64,000 nt of DNA from Gammaproteobacteria bacterium (GCA_963422595.1 OY730298.1:90512-154511); one strand, 5' to 3'. Positions 10,247 to 20,058 are shown, counted from the stretch's first letter. The notes: generated by a model from the letters alone, not told the origin. Made by a program: numbers and translations.

Positions 10247-10268
10247 CCCCCCCCCCCCCCCCCCCCCC
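10247..10268. repeat. Homopolymeric poly-C tract (about 22 nt) upstream of the first gene of the glycan island
   Basis: Read directly: 'tatactCCCCCCCCCCCCCCCCCCCCCCtcgaaaaagg'. It lies about 90-140 bp upstream of the candidate starts of the WecA-like gene. Confidence 0.9.
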
Positions 10269-10356
10269 TCGAAAAAGGTGTCCTTGAAGCAATTTTGCAG
10301 GGCATTAAATCAAACGTCAGTAAACGGATATTCATACTACTAATTTATAATTAGAG

Positions 10357-11532
10357 TTGTGTCAGGGCAGGATTCAGTTTAATCAGGTGGCCGTACATTA
10401 CATTATGCCTGTTATGCCTGAGCCTGCGGATATGGGCTGGCCAGTGTCACTGGGTCTGATGGTAAGCCTCGCGGTGAGCGCTCTGATCGTGTTGACTCAA
10501 CGCTGGCACGGTGCCCTTACCTTTGATACCTCAATAGGGCCGCAGAAGTTTCATGACGCACCTACCCCGAGGGTTGGCGGACTCGCGGTATTCGCAGGCT
10601 TCTGGGTGACCGCAAGCGTGATTCCCTATTCACCAGTGCGCGAACTTATGATTGCTATCGGCATGAGCGGGTGCGTGGTGTTTCTGGCCGGTCTGGCAGA
10701 GGATTTGACAAAACGAATCTCGGTCGGGTGGCGGTTGCTGGCAGCGTTATTGTCAGGCACGTTATTTTGCATCATGACCGGCTATTCTATCGACCGGGTG
10801 GATATCCAGCTGCTCGATCCTATTATAGGACTTCCCGTGGTGTCGTTCGCATTGACGGTGTTTGCAATGGCCAGTATGGCCAACGCTATAAATATGATTG
10901 ACGGATTCAACGGCCTTGCCACCGGCGCCGTGATTATTATGTTGTCGGCATTCGCGATGGCCGCTTATTTGGCGGGCGATTATACGCTGCTGTGGCTGGC
11001 GGTCTTTAGCATCGCGGCACTGTTGGGGTGTATGTTGCTGAATTTCCCGTATGGGTTGGTCTTCCTGGGCGATGGGGGGGCCTATTTTGCCGGCTTTGTG
11101 CTTGCTGCCATAGCCGTCATGCTGCCACTGCGTAATGCCGATGTGTCGGCATGGGTCAGCGTGGTGATATTGGCGTATCCGGTGCTGGAGATCACGCACG
11201 CGGTGATCCGCAAAACTCTCCACCGTGGCCGTCGGCCGACTAAACCGGATAAAGTCCACCTGCATATGCTGATCTATCGCGCGCTGGTAAAACGGACTGT
11301 AAAGGCAGCAGACAATAAACAACTTACCAATCCCATGACCAGTATGTTGCTATGGGCTGGACCTATGACGGGGCTGGCCTTTGTTGCGCTAAATATGCCC
11401 ACCTGGCAGGGCTCCATGCTGGCCTTTGCTTTGCAAACCCTGCTATACGTGCTGGTGTATCGGGGCATCGCCAGGTTTCTGCGCTATCAGTATCCGAAGA
11501 CGCAAAAAAAGCCGGCCGCGCAGAAAAACTGA
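10357..11532 (+). CDS. Polyprenyl-phosphate N-acetylhexosamine-1-phosphate transferase (WecA/MraY family, GT4-type PGT)
   Basis: The polytopic membrane protein carries the conserved 'MANAINMIDGFNGLATG' (NAxNxxDGxDGL) motif of the MraY/WecA family. The track start is a TTG, and the true start may be the ATG at 'MPVMPEP'. Confidence 0.8.
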   Translation: MCQGRIQFNQVAVHYIMPVMPEPADMGWPVSLGLMVSLAVSALIVLTQRWHGALTFDTSIGPQKFHDAPTPRVGGLAVFAGFWVTASVIPYSPVRELMIAIGMSGCVVFLAGLAEDLTKRISVGWRLLAALLSGTLFCIMTGYSIDRVDIQLLDPIIGLPVVSFALTVFAMASMANAINMIDGFNGLATGAVIIMLSAFAMAAYLAGDYTLLWLAVFSIAALLGCMLLNFPYGLVFLGDGGAYFAGFVLAAIAVMLPLRNADVSAWVSVVILAYPVLEITHAVIRKTLHRGRRPTKPDKVHLHMLIYRALVKRTVKAADNKQLTNPMTSMLLWAGPMTGLAFVALNMPTWQGSMLAFALQTLLYVLVYRGIARFLRYQYPKTQKKPAAQKN

Positions 11533-11619
11533 ATGAATGCCTTCAGTGGTAGCCCTGGTTGTGTTTTTGGCAACGCCGGCTGCCTGATTTGGTTAATCAC
11601 CAGTAAGTGAGTATTAACG

Positions 11620-12711
11620 TTGACCACGGAAGATAATAAAAAGCTGAAGATGCTGATGATCGGGCCGTTGCCTGCTGCCGAGCCGTCCACTACTAATGTG
11701 ATTGGGGGAAATAAGGTGTTGGCTGCGGAATCAATCCTGGAACTGGGTAAGCGGGGTTTTGAGATGAAGGTGGTCGACACTTCTGGGGACGTGACTAATC
11801 TGCCTGCCTGGAAAATTCACTGTTATCGCCTGGCCCGGTTGCTGCGAGTGCTCCGGAAAACCGCGAAAAGGCTGCGGTATTCCGACGTCGTGTTCCTGGT
11901 TATCGCACCCTATTCGGCATTGGTGCTGGGGACATTAATATGGATTATCTGCAAGATGGCGCGCCGCCCCCTGGTGCTACGGTTCTCCGGCTGCGGCTTT
12001 GTGGATACCTATGAAGGATACGGACCTTTGGCGCGCTGGGTGGCAAACCGTACCTATATGCGCTCCGCTCTGGTGTACGTGGAAACGCAGCAGACGCACC
12101 GCCGCTTCAAGGGGAGAGCCAATTTCCATTACTTCCCCAATACGAGAGACCTTGCAATGCCTGACCGGATCAGGCGCAATAAAGTCAACAGGCTCATCTT
12201 TTTCGCGCAACTGCATATGGACAAAGGGCTGGCAGAGGCACTGGAGGCGTGCCGGCATTTGCCCGATGACTGCCATCTTGAGGTGTTCGGTCCACGCATG
12301 TCCGACACAGATTTCTCCGGATTCGATGGCCATCCCCGAGCGAGCTATGGCGGCGTTTTGAAGCCGGCTGAGATCCCCCAGATTCTTAGTAAATATGACC
12401 TGCTGCTGTTCCCCAGCTATTGCAGAAGAGAGGGTTATCCCGGCTCTATTCTGGAAGCCTTCCAGTGCGGCCTGCCCGTGGTTGCTGCCAGATGGGGCGG
12501 CGTTCCCGAGCTGGTCGGGCATGAAGAAAGTGGGCTGCTGGTGGAACCCCGTTCCGCAGTGGCGATTCAGGCCGCAATTACGCGGCTACTGGAAGACCCA
12601 AAGTTGTACCAGCGTTTGTGCGAGGGGGCAAAACGACGGGGGGACTGCTTTCGTAACCCTGAGTGGTATGAACGCATGGCCGCTGATCTGAAGGGTTTAA
12701 GGGTGTTATGA
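11620..12711 (+). CDS. Glycosyltransferase, GT-B fold (GT4 family)
   Basis: C-terminal 'FPSYCRREGYPGSILEAFQCGLPVVAARWGGVPELV' is the retaining GT4 E-x7-E region. Confidence 0.75.
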   Translation: MTTEDNKKLKMLMIGPLPAAEPSTTNVIGGNKVLAAESILELGKRGFEMKVVDTSGDVTNLPAWKIHCYRLARLLRVLRKTAKRLRYSDVVFLVIAPYSALVLGTLIWIICKMARRPLVLRFSGCGFVDTYEGYGPLARWVANRTYMRSALVYVETQQTHRRFKGRANFHYFPNTRDLAMPDRIRRNKVNRLIFFAQLHMDKGLAEALEACRHLPDDCHLEVFGPRMSDTDFSGFDGHPRASYGGVLKPAEIPQILSKYDLLLFPSYCRREGYPGSILEAFQCGLPVVAARWGGVPELVGHEESGLLVEPRSAVAIQAAITRLLEDPKLYQRLCEGAKRRGDCFRNPEWYERMAADLKGLRVL

Positions 12712-12768
12712 AAACATGCGTATTGTCGAACCAGGTGCCCAACCCAAGGGACGGATATCCACCACAGT

Positions 12769-13755
12769 ATGACTGAAAACAGTGCCCAACGTATCCGGAA
12801 TTCCTGCCCTGGGGTTTCGGTTATTATCCCATCACGCAACGACGCGATGAACATTACAAACTCTCTCGATTCGATCTTTGCGCAGGATTATACGGGTTCG
12901 ATGGAGGTGATCGTTGCCGACGGTTCTGATACTTCGGCAACTGCTACTATGGTTCACCGACATTACCCGTCAGTGCGGGTGGTGCCAAACCCGGAGAAGT
13001 TGACCGGCTTCGGGGCGAACGCGGCGCTGCGAGCAGCCAGCGGGGAGGTCATCGTGCGATGCGACTCCCATACGAGGTTCCCGCCGGAATACGTGCGTCG
13101 TGCAGTGGCGACGCTGATGAGAACGGGAGCAGCCAACGTCGGCGGCCGACAACAGCCAGTGGGAACCACGTTTTTTGAGCGGGCAGTGGCACTGGCGATG
13201 ACCACTCCGCTGGGGGCCGGGAACGCCCGCTACCGTTTGGGAGGCACCGAGGGGGCCGTGGACACGGTCTTTCTCGGCACGTTCCAGCGCAAGGCACTGG
13301 AAGCAGTGGGGGGATACGATGGCGCCTTGGTCCGCAACCAGGACTACGAACTCAACTGGCGACTGCGACAGCATGGCGAGACGGTGTGGTTTGATCCTCA
13401 GCTCGTTGCCTATTACCGCCCACGCGGCACGTTGCGAAAGCTGGCCCGGCAGTATTTCGACTATGGCCGCTGGAAGCGGGTGGTGCTGCGGCAGCATCCG
13501 ACCTCAGTACGTGCGCGGCATTTGGCCGCGCCGCTGCTGGTATCTGGATTGGCTGCCGCGGGGCTGCTGGGGCTGGTCGGCGTTCCTTGGAAGGTCGTGG
13601 CGGCGACACCGCTGGCCTATCTGGTTGCCTTGGCGACCGGCGCCCTGGCAGTCGGCATCAGCCACCGCGAGAAGGCGGCCGTGCTGCTGCCGCTGGTGCT
13701 GGTCACCATGCACCTTTGCTGGGGTATCGGCTTTTTCCTGCCGCCTCGGAAATGA
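12769..13755 (+). CDS. Glycosyltransferase family 2 with C-terminal TM helices
   Basis: 'VSVIIPSRNDAMNITNSLDSIFAQDY...VIVADGSDTS' is a GT2 N-terminal DXD-type signature. Hydrophobic C-terminus. Confidence 0.75.
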   Translation: MTENSAQRIRNSCPGVSVIIPSRNDAMNITNSLDSIFAQDYTGSMEVIVADGSDTSATATMVHRHYPSVRVVPNPEKLTGFGANAALRAASGEVIVRCDSHTRFPPEYVRRAVATLMRTGAANVGGRQQPVGTTFFERAVALAMTTPLGAGNARYRLGGTEGAVDTVFLGTFQRKALEAVGGYDGALVRNQDYELNWRLRQHGETVWFDPQLVAYYRPRGTLRKLARQYFDYGRWKRVVLRQHPTSVRARHLAAPLLVSGLAAAGLLGLVGVPWKVVAATPLAYLVALATGALAVGISHREKAAVLLPLVLVTMHLCWGIGFFLPPRK

Positions 13756-13792
13756 TGCGTCTCCTTACAGTAGCGCATGGTGAAGTTCCTGA

Positions 13793-15568
13793 TTGTGCAT
13801 CCGAGAGCCGCCTGGCAGACGCCTGACTGTCGCGATCGTCGGTGTTCATGGTGGATGCGCTGTGATAGCGTCAACACGCCCTGAGTCAATGATGCAGATC
13901 GTGATTCCCATGTCCGGCTTCGGGGAGCGCTTCCGCATAGCGGGCTACAAGGTGCCCAAGCCGCTGATCAATATCGACGGCAAGCCCATCATCGCGCACG
14001 TGCTGAACCTGTTCCCCGGCGAAAGTAACTTCATCTTCGTATGCAACCAGGAGCATCTTGACGACCCCGAATACCGCATGGAGCAGATTCTGCGGTCTCT
14101 CTGTCCGACTGGACTGGTTCTCGGTATTCCACCGCATTCACTTGGCCCGGTGCATGCCGTGCGCCAGGTTGAGCATCAACTCGACCCCACCAGTCCAGTT
14201 GTAGTCAACTACTGCGACTTTTCCTGCTACTGGGACTGGAACCATTTCAGGCGATTTGTTGAGGAAGTGGCTTGCGTCGGAGCGATTCCAGCATACAGGG
14301 GATTTCATCCCCACTCGCTGGGAAGTACCAATTACGCCTATATGCGCGAAGCCAATGGTTGGGTTCAGGATATTCAGGAGAAAAAACCTTACACCAGTAA
14401 TCGCATGCAGGAGTTTGCATCGACTGGAACTTACTATTTTTCCTCAGCGCAAATCATGAGCCAGGCCTTCCGTGTGGCGATAGAGCAGAAACTGCATTTG
14501 GGCGGAGAATACTACGTTAGCCTGGCCTATAAGCCTTTGCTTGCCGAGGGCAAGCCTGTGGCCGTTTATCCACTGCAACATTTCATGCAATGGGGGACAC
14601 CCGAGGATGTCGCCGAATACAGGAGCTGGTGCAGGGCATTCCGAAGCCTGGTGGAGAAACCGGGCAGCGGCGCCAGCGTCAGACCTCAAGGCTCTGTCAT
14701 ACTGCCCATGGCTGGATTCGGCCGGCGCTTCGTCGAAGCAGACTACAGCGTGGCCAAACCGATGATCTCCGTATCCGGGAAGCCGATGGTGGTTCAGGCA
14801 ATACAGGCGCTGCCGCCCGCCGAGCATTATGTCTTCGTTCTAAGGAAGGATATGCCCGGGACCCGGGCGATCACCGATGAACTAAGACGCCTTTACCCGC
14901 AGGCGATTGTCGAGATACTCTCACAGGTCACCGAGGGGCAGGCCTGTACGGCCCTGCTCGGACTCGATGCGCTTGAACGAGCCGTTGGCAGGAGTGTGCC
15001 AGAGCCTGTGACTTTCGGTGCTTGCGATCATGGTGCCCTCTACGACGGCGTGGCGTTTCAGCAATTGGTCGACGACGACAACGTCGACGTCATTGTCTGG
15101 GGGGTGCGCGATCATGCCAATGCGCTTCGCCATCCGCAGATGTTCGGTTGGATCAAGGCTAATCACGGGTGGATAGAAAGAATTTCGGTCAAGACACCGC
15201 TCGATTCACCGGCTTCCGCCCCTATTGTATCTGGCACTTTTACATTTCGGCATGCAGATGACTTCCGACACTGTGTCGGACGACTGATCAAACGCAATGA
15301 CAGGATCAACGGCGAATTCTATCTCGACTCCTGCATCAACGACGCCGTGGAGTTGGGCCTGCGTTGTCGCCTGTTCGACCTTGACAGCTATTTGAGCTGG
15401 GGCACCCCGGATGATCTCCGGACCTTTGAGTATTGGCAGTCCTGCTTCCACAAATGGCCCGGGCATCCTTATCGGCTTGAGAATGACCAAAGGGTCGCCG
15501 TAGAGGCACTGGAGGATCTGGGCAAAACGTACTGCACCGTTGTGCCCAAGCCGGTAAAATTGACATGA
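13793..15568 (+). CDS. Tandem-duplicated sugar-phosphate nucleotidyltransferase (two LicC/GlmU-N-like NTP-transferase domains)
   Basis: Two homologous halves each begin with a nucleotidyltransferase glycine-rich loop: 'MMQIVIPMSGFGERFRIAGYKVPKPLINIDGKPII' and 'SVILPMAGFGRRFVEADYSVAKPMISVSGKPMV'. The likely true start is the ATG at 13889. Confidence 0.6.
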   Translation: MCIREPPGRRLTVAIVGVHGGCAVIASTRPESMMQIVIPMSGFGERFRIAGYKVPKPLINIDGKPIIAHVLNLFPGESNFIFVCNQEHLDDPEYRMEQILRSLCPTGLVLGIPPHSLGPVHAVRQVEHQLDPTSPVVVNYCDFSCYWDWNHFRRFVEEVACVGAIPAYRGFHPHSLGSTNYAYMREANGWVQDIQEKKPYTSNRMQEFASTGTYYFSSAQIMSQAFRVAIEQKLHLGGEYYVSLAYKPLLAEGKPVAVYPLQHFMQWGTPEDVAEYRSWCRAFRSLVEKPGSGASVRPQGSVILPMAGFGRRFVEADYSVAKPMISVSGKPMVVQAIQALPPAEHYVFVLRKDMPGTRAITDELRRLYPQAIVEILSQVTEGQACTALLGLDALERAVGRSVPEPVTFGACDHGALYDGVAFQQLVDDDNVDVIVWGVRDHANALRHPQMFGWIKANHGWIERISVKTPLDSPASAPIVSGTFTFRHADDFRHCVGRLIKRNDRINGEFYLDSCINDAVELGLRCRLFDLDSYLSWGTPDDLRTFEYWQSCFHKWPGHPYRLENDQRVAVEALEDLGKTYCTVVPKPVKLT

Positions 15569-15966
15569 AGGTCCGCTACGATTATTATATTCTGCGCTTC
15601 CTGCTAGTTGGCGTCGGATCGAATGTGGCCAATCTCCTGTGTTACCTGGCGATGCTGCACCTCCATACGCCAGTCTTTGTAGCCGCCGTTTCGGGATATT
15701 TGCTTGGGCTCACGTGCTCTTATCACTTCGGTAGAACCTGGGTCTTCCGCCGTAGATTCAATGCTAACTTGGGGAATATTACAAGATTTCTCATCGTGTA
15801 CATCGTCGGCGGAGTGGGTATGAGTGCAATCACCACCGTGTTGGTCAACGATTTGATGTTCAATTATGTGGCTGGCTGGCTGTTCGGGGCAGGATTTGCA
15901 GCTTGCAATAATTTTATCGGGCTGAAATTTATAGTCTTTAGATCGGAACAGCGCCTGGTAGATTGA
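15565..15966 (+). CDS. GtrA-family small membrane protein
   Basis: 133 aa with 4 predicted TM helices and 'YYILRFLLVGVGSNVANLLCYLAML', typical of GtrA. It is start/stop-coupled to its neighbours. Confidence 0.7.
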   Translation: MKVRYDYYILRFLLVGVGSNVANLLCYLAMLHLHTPVFVAAVSGYLLGLTCSYHFGRTWVFRRRFNANLGNITRFLIVYIVGGVGMSAITTVLVNDLMFNYVAGWLFGAGFAACNNFIGLKFIVFRSEQRLVD

Positions 15967-16691
15967 TGGCATCTAAATTTGGATTTTTCCTCCGGTTGGG
16001 GTTTTTGCAGGACTGGGCTTCCGCCTTTATTGCGAGCCTGAAGCCGGCCGTTCTGCACAATCTGGAAAAATACTATGCGCTCAAAAAGGTGTGCTACCTT
16101 TCCGCGATAGAAGACGTCGAGGGAGACTATCTTGAGTTCGGTGTTTTCACCGGCAGTTCGTTTTGCTACGCGCTCCGCTGCTGCAGGAAGCTCGCTCAAA
16201 TCAATCCGAATATTGTCGACACGAAGTTCTACGGCTTCGATTCGTTCGCCGGATTCGGCCCCCTTGAACAACAGGACATACATCCTTTCTATATTGACGA
16301 GAATTTTGCAGTCAGTTTGCCAAAGGTTGGGAACCGGGTTCGCAAGGCCGCCGGGGACATGGCGTTTCAATTGATTCCTGGCTTCTTCAGTGAATCGTTG
16401 CGGCATGGAGCACAACGGATGGGCATCAAAAAGGCTCGTATCATTTTTATCGACAGCGATACCTTCACCAGCGCAAGCCAGGCCCTGACCTTTTGCCGAC
16501 CGACGGTTCGACAAGGCACGTTTATCGTGTTGGACGACTATTTTTCCTATCGAGGCCGCGAAGACCGCGGCGTCCGGCGCGCTTTTTCCGAATTCACCAA
16601 CGCCAGCGGCATTGAGGCGCGGCACGTCTTCACCTATGGCATGGGCGGCAGCGTTTTTGTCGTATCAAAAGCGGTGCCAGATGCAGCCTGA
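15963..16691 (+). CDS. Class I SAM-dependent O-methyltransferase, TylF/MycF (macrocin-O-MTase)-like; likely sugar O-methylation
   Basis: 'EGDYLEFGVFTGSSF' and 'IIFIDSDTFTSASQALTF' resemble TylF-family motifs. Confidence 0.55.
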   Translation: MMASKFGFFLRLGFLQDWASAFIASLKPAVLHNLEKYYALKKVCYLSAIEDVEGDYLEFGVFTGSSFCYALRCCRKLAQINPNIVDTKFYGFDSFAGFGPLEQQDIHPFYIDENFAVSLPKVGNRVRKAAGDMAFQLIPGFFSESLRHGAQRMGIKKARIIFIDSDTFTSASQALTFCRPTVRQGTFIVLDDYFSYRGREDRGVRRAFSEFTNASGIEARHVFTYGMGGSVFVVSKAVPDAA

Positions 16692-17388
16692 ACTATCCAT
16701 CGTGATTCCCTGCTACAACGAGGCCGCTAACCTTCCCCTGTTGCTGGAGAGCTGTAATCATATTATCACGAGGCCGGGCACGGAGGTCATTCTGGTCAAT
16801 AACGGCTCGACGGACGATACACCTCGCATCCTGCGCGAGTTGCTGCCGAAGTATCCCGGTTGCCGAAGCGTGCGCGTGGCAATAAATCGGGGCTACGGCA
16901 ACGGCATTCTGGCCGGCCTGGCAGCGGCCGACGGAGATATTCTGGGCTGGACCCACGCCGACATGCAGACGGACCCCCAGGACGTCCTGCGCGGGCTTGA
17001 ACTGTTCCGAAACCATGGCCAAAATATCTTCGTCAAGGGCCACCGCCACGGCCGTCCGATGGCGGACGTTTTCTTCACGGCCGGCATGAGCGTGTTCGAG
17101 ACGGTTTTGCTCGCCAGGCCGATGCGGGATATCAATGCCCAGCCGACGATGTTTACCCGCGATTTTTATGAGACGTGGAAAGCGCCGCCCGACGATTTTT
17201 CGCTCGATTTGTACGCCTACTTTCAAGCCTGCGCCACCAACCTGCGCGTCTACCGCTTTCCGGTCAGGTTCGGTCGACGCGCTCACGGCCTCTCGCGCTG
17301 GAACGTTAACTGGTCGGCTAAGTGGAAATTCATCCGCAGGACTGCGGCCTTCAGTCTGCGCCTGAGAAAGTCCCTGAAATCATCATGA
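16681..17388 (+). CDS. GT2 polyprenyl-phosphate glycosyltransferase (GtrB/ArnC/DPM1-like)
   Basis: 'LSIVIPCYNEAANLPLLLESC...VILVNNGSTDDTPRI...DADMQTDP' fits the GtrB/DPM1-type GT2 pattern. It is paired with a GtrA-family gene. The ATG at 16681 was chosen over the longer track ORF. Confidence 0.7.
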   Translation: MQPELSIVIPCYNEAANLPLLLESCNHIITRPGTEVILVNNGSTDDTPRILRELLPKYPGCRSVRVAINRGYGNGILAGLAAADGDILGWTHADMQTDPQDVLRGLELFRNHGQNIFVKGHRHGRPMADVFFTAGMSVFETVLLARPMRDINAQPTMFTRDFYETWKAPPDDFSLDLYAYFQACATNLRVYRFPVRFGRRAHGLSRWNVNWSAKWKFIRRTAAFSLRLRKSLKSS

Positions 17389-17993
17389 AGTTGATCGTTC
17401 ATCGCCGCAACACGTTGCCGGAACTCAAAGCGACCCCAGAACAGTACGGCGTCGAGGTTGATATACGCAGTACCGGCAGGAAACTGATGATGCATCACGA
17501 TCCCTTCGTCACCGGCGAAGATTTCAGAGAATGGCTGGATGCCTATCGACACGCGACGTTGATCCTCAACGTCAAGGAAGACGGTCTGGAAAAACGTTTA
17601 ACCGCTCTGATGCAGACACAGGGCATCGAAGATTATTTTTTCCTGGATCAGTCTTTCCCTTCACTGGTGCAATGCGCCCGGGCGGGGCAACACCGCTGCG
17701 CGGTTCGCGTTTCCGAATTCGAATCGGTTGAGACGGCCCTGACCCTGGCCGGACGGATCGACTGGGTCTGGGTGGATTGCTTTACTCGTTTCCCGCTGAC
17801 GCCTGAAGACGTCCGCCGACTCCATGAAGCCGGTTTCAAGCTCTGCCTGGTGTCGCCGGAATTGCAGGGACGCACTGCCGCAACCAGTATCGCCGCTCTG
17901 GCCACGCAGCTCGGCAAGTGCCGCATTCGGCCCGATGCCGTTTGCACCAAGCACCCCGAGCTGTGGAAACAAGCTGGAAGCGGGGGAGGGTAG
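17385..17993 (+). CDS. Glycerophosphodiester-phosphodiesterase-like (GDPD/UgpQ-like) small protein
   Basis: 'IVHRRNTLPELKATPEQYGVEVDIRST' resembles the GDPD 'HRG..PENT...E.D' N-terminal motif. Its ATG overlaps the previous stop (ATGA). Confidence 0.45.
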   Translation: MKLIVHRRNTLPELKATPEQYGVEVDIRSTGRKLMMHHDPFVTGEDFREWLDAYRHATLILNVKEDGLEKRLTALMQTQGIEDYFFLDQSFPSLVQCARAGQHRCAVRVSEFESVETALTLAGRIDWVWVDCFTRFPLTPEDVRRLHEAGFKLCLVSPELQGRTAATSIAALATQLGKCRIRPDAVCTKHPELWKQAGSGGG

Positions 17994-17996
17994 AGC

Positions 17997-20058
17997 TATG
18001 AAAACGCTCTGCCTGCACCCAACGTTCTGGTTCGGACTGGCGATTCGCCTGACGTTGATGCTGGTCATGATGCCCGATCCGGTAAGTGATTGGTACGCGC
18101 CGTTCATGGATGTCAGCACGAACCGCTTCACGCTCGATCCCTGGGGTCTCTGGCTGGCCAGCGGAGGCGATTACGCCGCCTTTCCCTATGGTTATACGAT
18201 GTGGTTGGCTTTACTACCCCTGACCTTGCTCGCCAAGCTTTTTACGCTGCCGTTGCATCTTGGCTATTTGCTGACGCTGCTGGCCGCAGACATTACTCTG
18301 CTGTTCGTTTTGCGCCGGCTGTTTTCGGAGCTACAAACACACCTTCTGCTGTTTGTGTACTGGCTGTCGCCTATCGTCATTCTCACCAGCTATGCACTGG
18401 GACACAATGACCTGATCCCCGTTCTGTTTCTGGTTCTGTCGCTAGATCTCGTCCGCCGGGGCAAAAATCTCTACAGCGTCGCGGGGGTGGCGGCCATGGT
18501 GGCTATTTCGGCCAAGTTCAGCATGGTCATCGCCTTACCATTCCTGATCATCTATTTATACAACAACAAACCGCTGAGAAAACATCTACTGGCGTTTCTG
18601 AAAGGCTTGTTCCTGTCCGCCCTCATTCTGTTCGTTCCCTTCCTGTTGTCGCGGGGCGGTACACACATGCTGTTTGGAAACCCGGAGATGGAGAAAATCT
18701 ATTCTCTGATGTTTCACGTAAGCGATAATATGCAGGTCTATATCGTCCCGGCGGTTTATCTGATCATGCTGTACATGGTATGGCGGACCAGGCGTATGAG
18801 CTTCGATCTTTTTCTGGCCACTACAGGGCTAGCTTTCCTGGTGGTGGTCCTGCTGACACCGGCTTCTCCTGGCTGGTTTGTCTGGTTGTTGCCGTTCCTC
18901 GTCTTCTACCAGGCAATGGGCGTTCGCGCCATCGTATTGGTAACAACCTTTGCGTGGGCCTATACGCTGGGCACGCTGCTGGCTACGCCTCTCCAACTAT
19001 TCAATGGATACGTGTTTGACATTGGTGATGCCGCACGAGCGACCATGCCAGCCGGTGGTCAGATGGTCTTTTCTCTGTTCCATACCGGCATGACCGCGCT
19101 TGGCGTGGTTCTGGCCATTTACATGTGGTATGCCGCTGTCAGTCGAAATGATTTTTTCCGGTTTAGCCGCAAGCCTTTCACGATTGGAGTGGCGGGCGAT
19201 TCCGGGGCGGGTAAGGATCACTTCACAAACGCCCTCACGGGACTTTTTGGGGGAAATTCCGTAGCCAAGCTTCACGGCGACGACTATCACCTTTGGGACC
19301 GACACTTACCGATGTGGAAGGTGGTCTCCCACCTGAACCCGATGGCCAATGATCTGGAGCGCTTCGGCCATGACCTGGTTGCCATGATTAACAGGAGAGA
19401 TATCTGGTCCCGGCGCTACGATCATCAAACAGGAAAGATAACCGGGCCGTTTAAAACCAAGAGTAATGACTTCATTATCGCTAACGGCCTGCACTCGCTT
19501 TATCTGTCGATTTTCAGAGAGTGCTACGACCTCAAAATCTATCTCGACATGGATGAAGGATTGCGCCGCTACTTCAAACTGAAGCGTGATGTTCATCACC
19601 GCGGGCATGCGGCCAGTCAGTCAGCACAAGACATGGCAAAGCGCGAACCCGATTCCCATCGCTTCATTCGGCCACAAAAAACGCATGCAGACCTGGTTTT
19701 CTCCGTGCAGCCCGTCTGTCCCAACATGCTGCATGGGCTGGATGAGCAACGTACTGCCCGACTGAAGCTGGCAGTCCGCATCCGACATAGCTTCAATGAA
19801 GCGTCGCTGGCCCGCGCACTAATCGGAATCTGCGGTCTGCACGTCGACGTGTCGATTGGCAGCGACAGCGAGGAAATATTGATGACGATTGATGGGGAAA
19901 TATCGGCCCAGGATATGATCCTGATCGCCGAGCGGCTCTGTCCCTGTGCCCTGGACTTGCTCGACACTCAGGCGCAGTGGCAAAATGGCGTCACTGGCCT
20001 GATGCAACTGATCACCCTGTGCCATATTAATAGAACTCTGGCGAAACGCCTGATATGA
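17997..20058 (+). CDS. Fusion protein: N-terminal polytopic membrane domain (about 420 aa) plus C-terminal uridine-kinase/phosphoribulokinase-family P-loop kinase domain
   Basis: The C-terminal domain has 'TIGVAGDSGAGKDHFTNAL' (PRK/Udk P-loop), 'KLHGDDYHLWDRH' and 'YFKLKRDVHHRGH' (the Udk RD..ERG-like region). Before it are about 10 predicted TM helices. The ATG at 17997 was chosen, since the upstream part of the track ORF overlaps the GDPD-like gene. Confidence 0.6.

Noticed and set aside
12963-13826. Multiple overlapping ORFs in other frames and strands within the GT2 gene (e.g. 13319..13783, 12970..13497, 13352..13609)
   Set aside because: The high GC content suppresses stop codons in every frame. 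The translations are Arg/Pro/Ala-rich with no motifs, whereas the 12769..13755 frame carries clear GT2 signatures.
15864-17286. Long minus-strand ORFs (15864..16625, 16693..17286) opposite the TylF-like and GtrB-like genes
   Set aside because: They are antisense to ORFs with strong family motifs, they lack motifs of their own, and they sit in GC-rich sequence.
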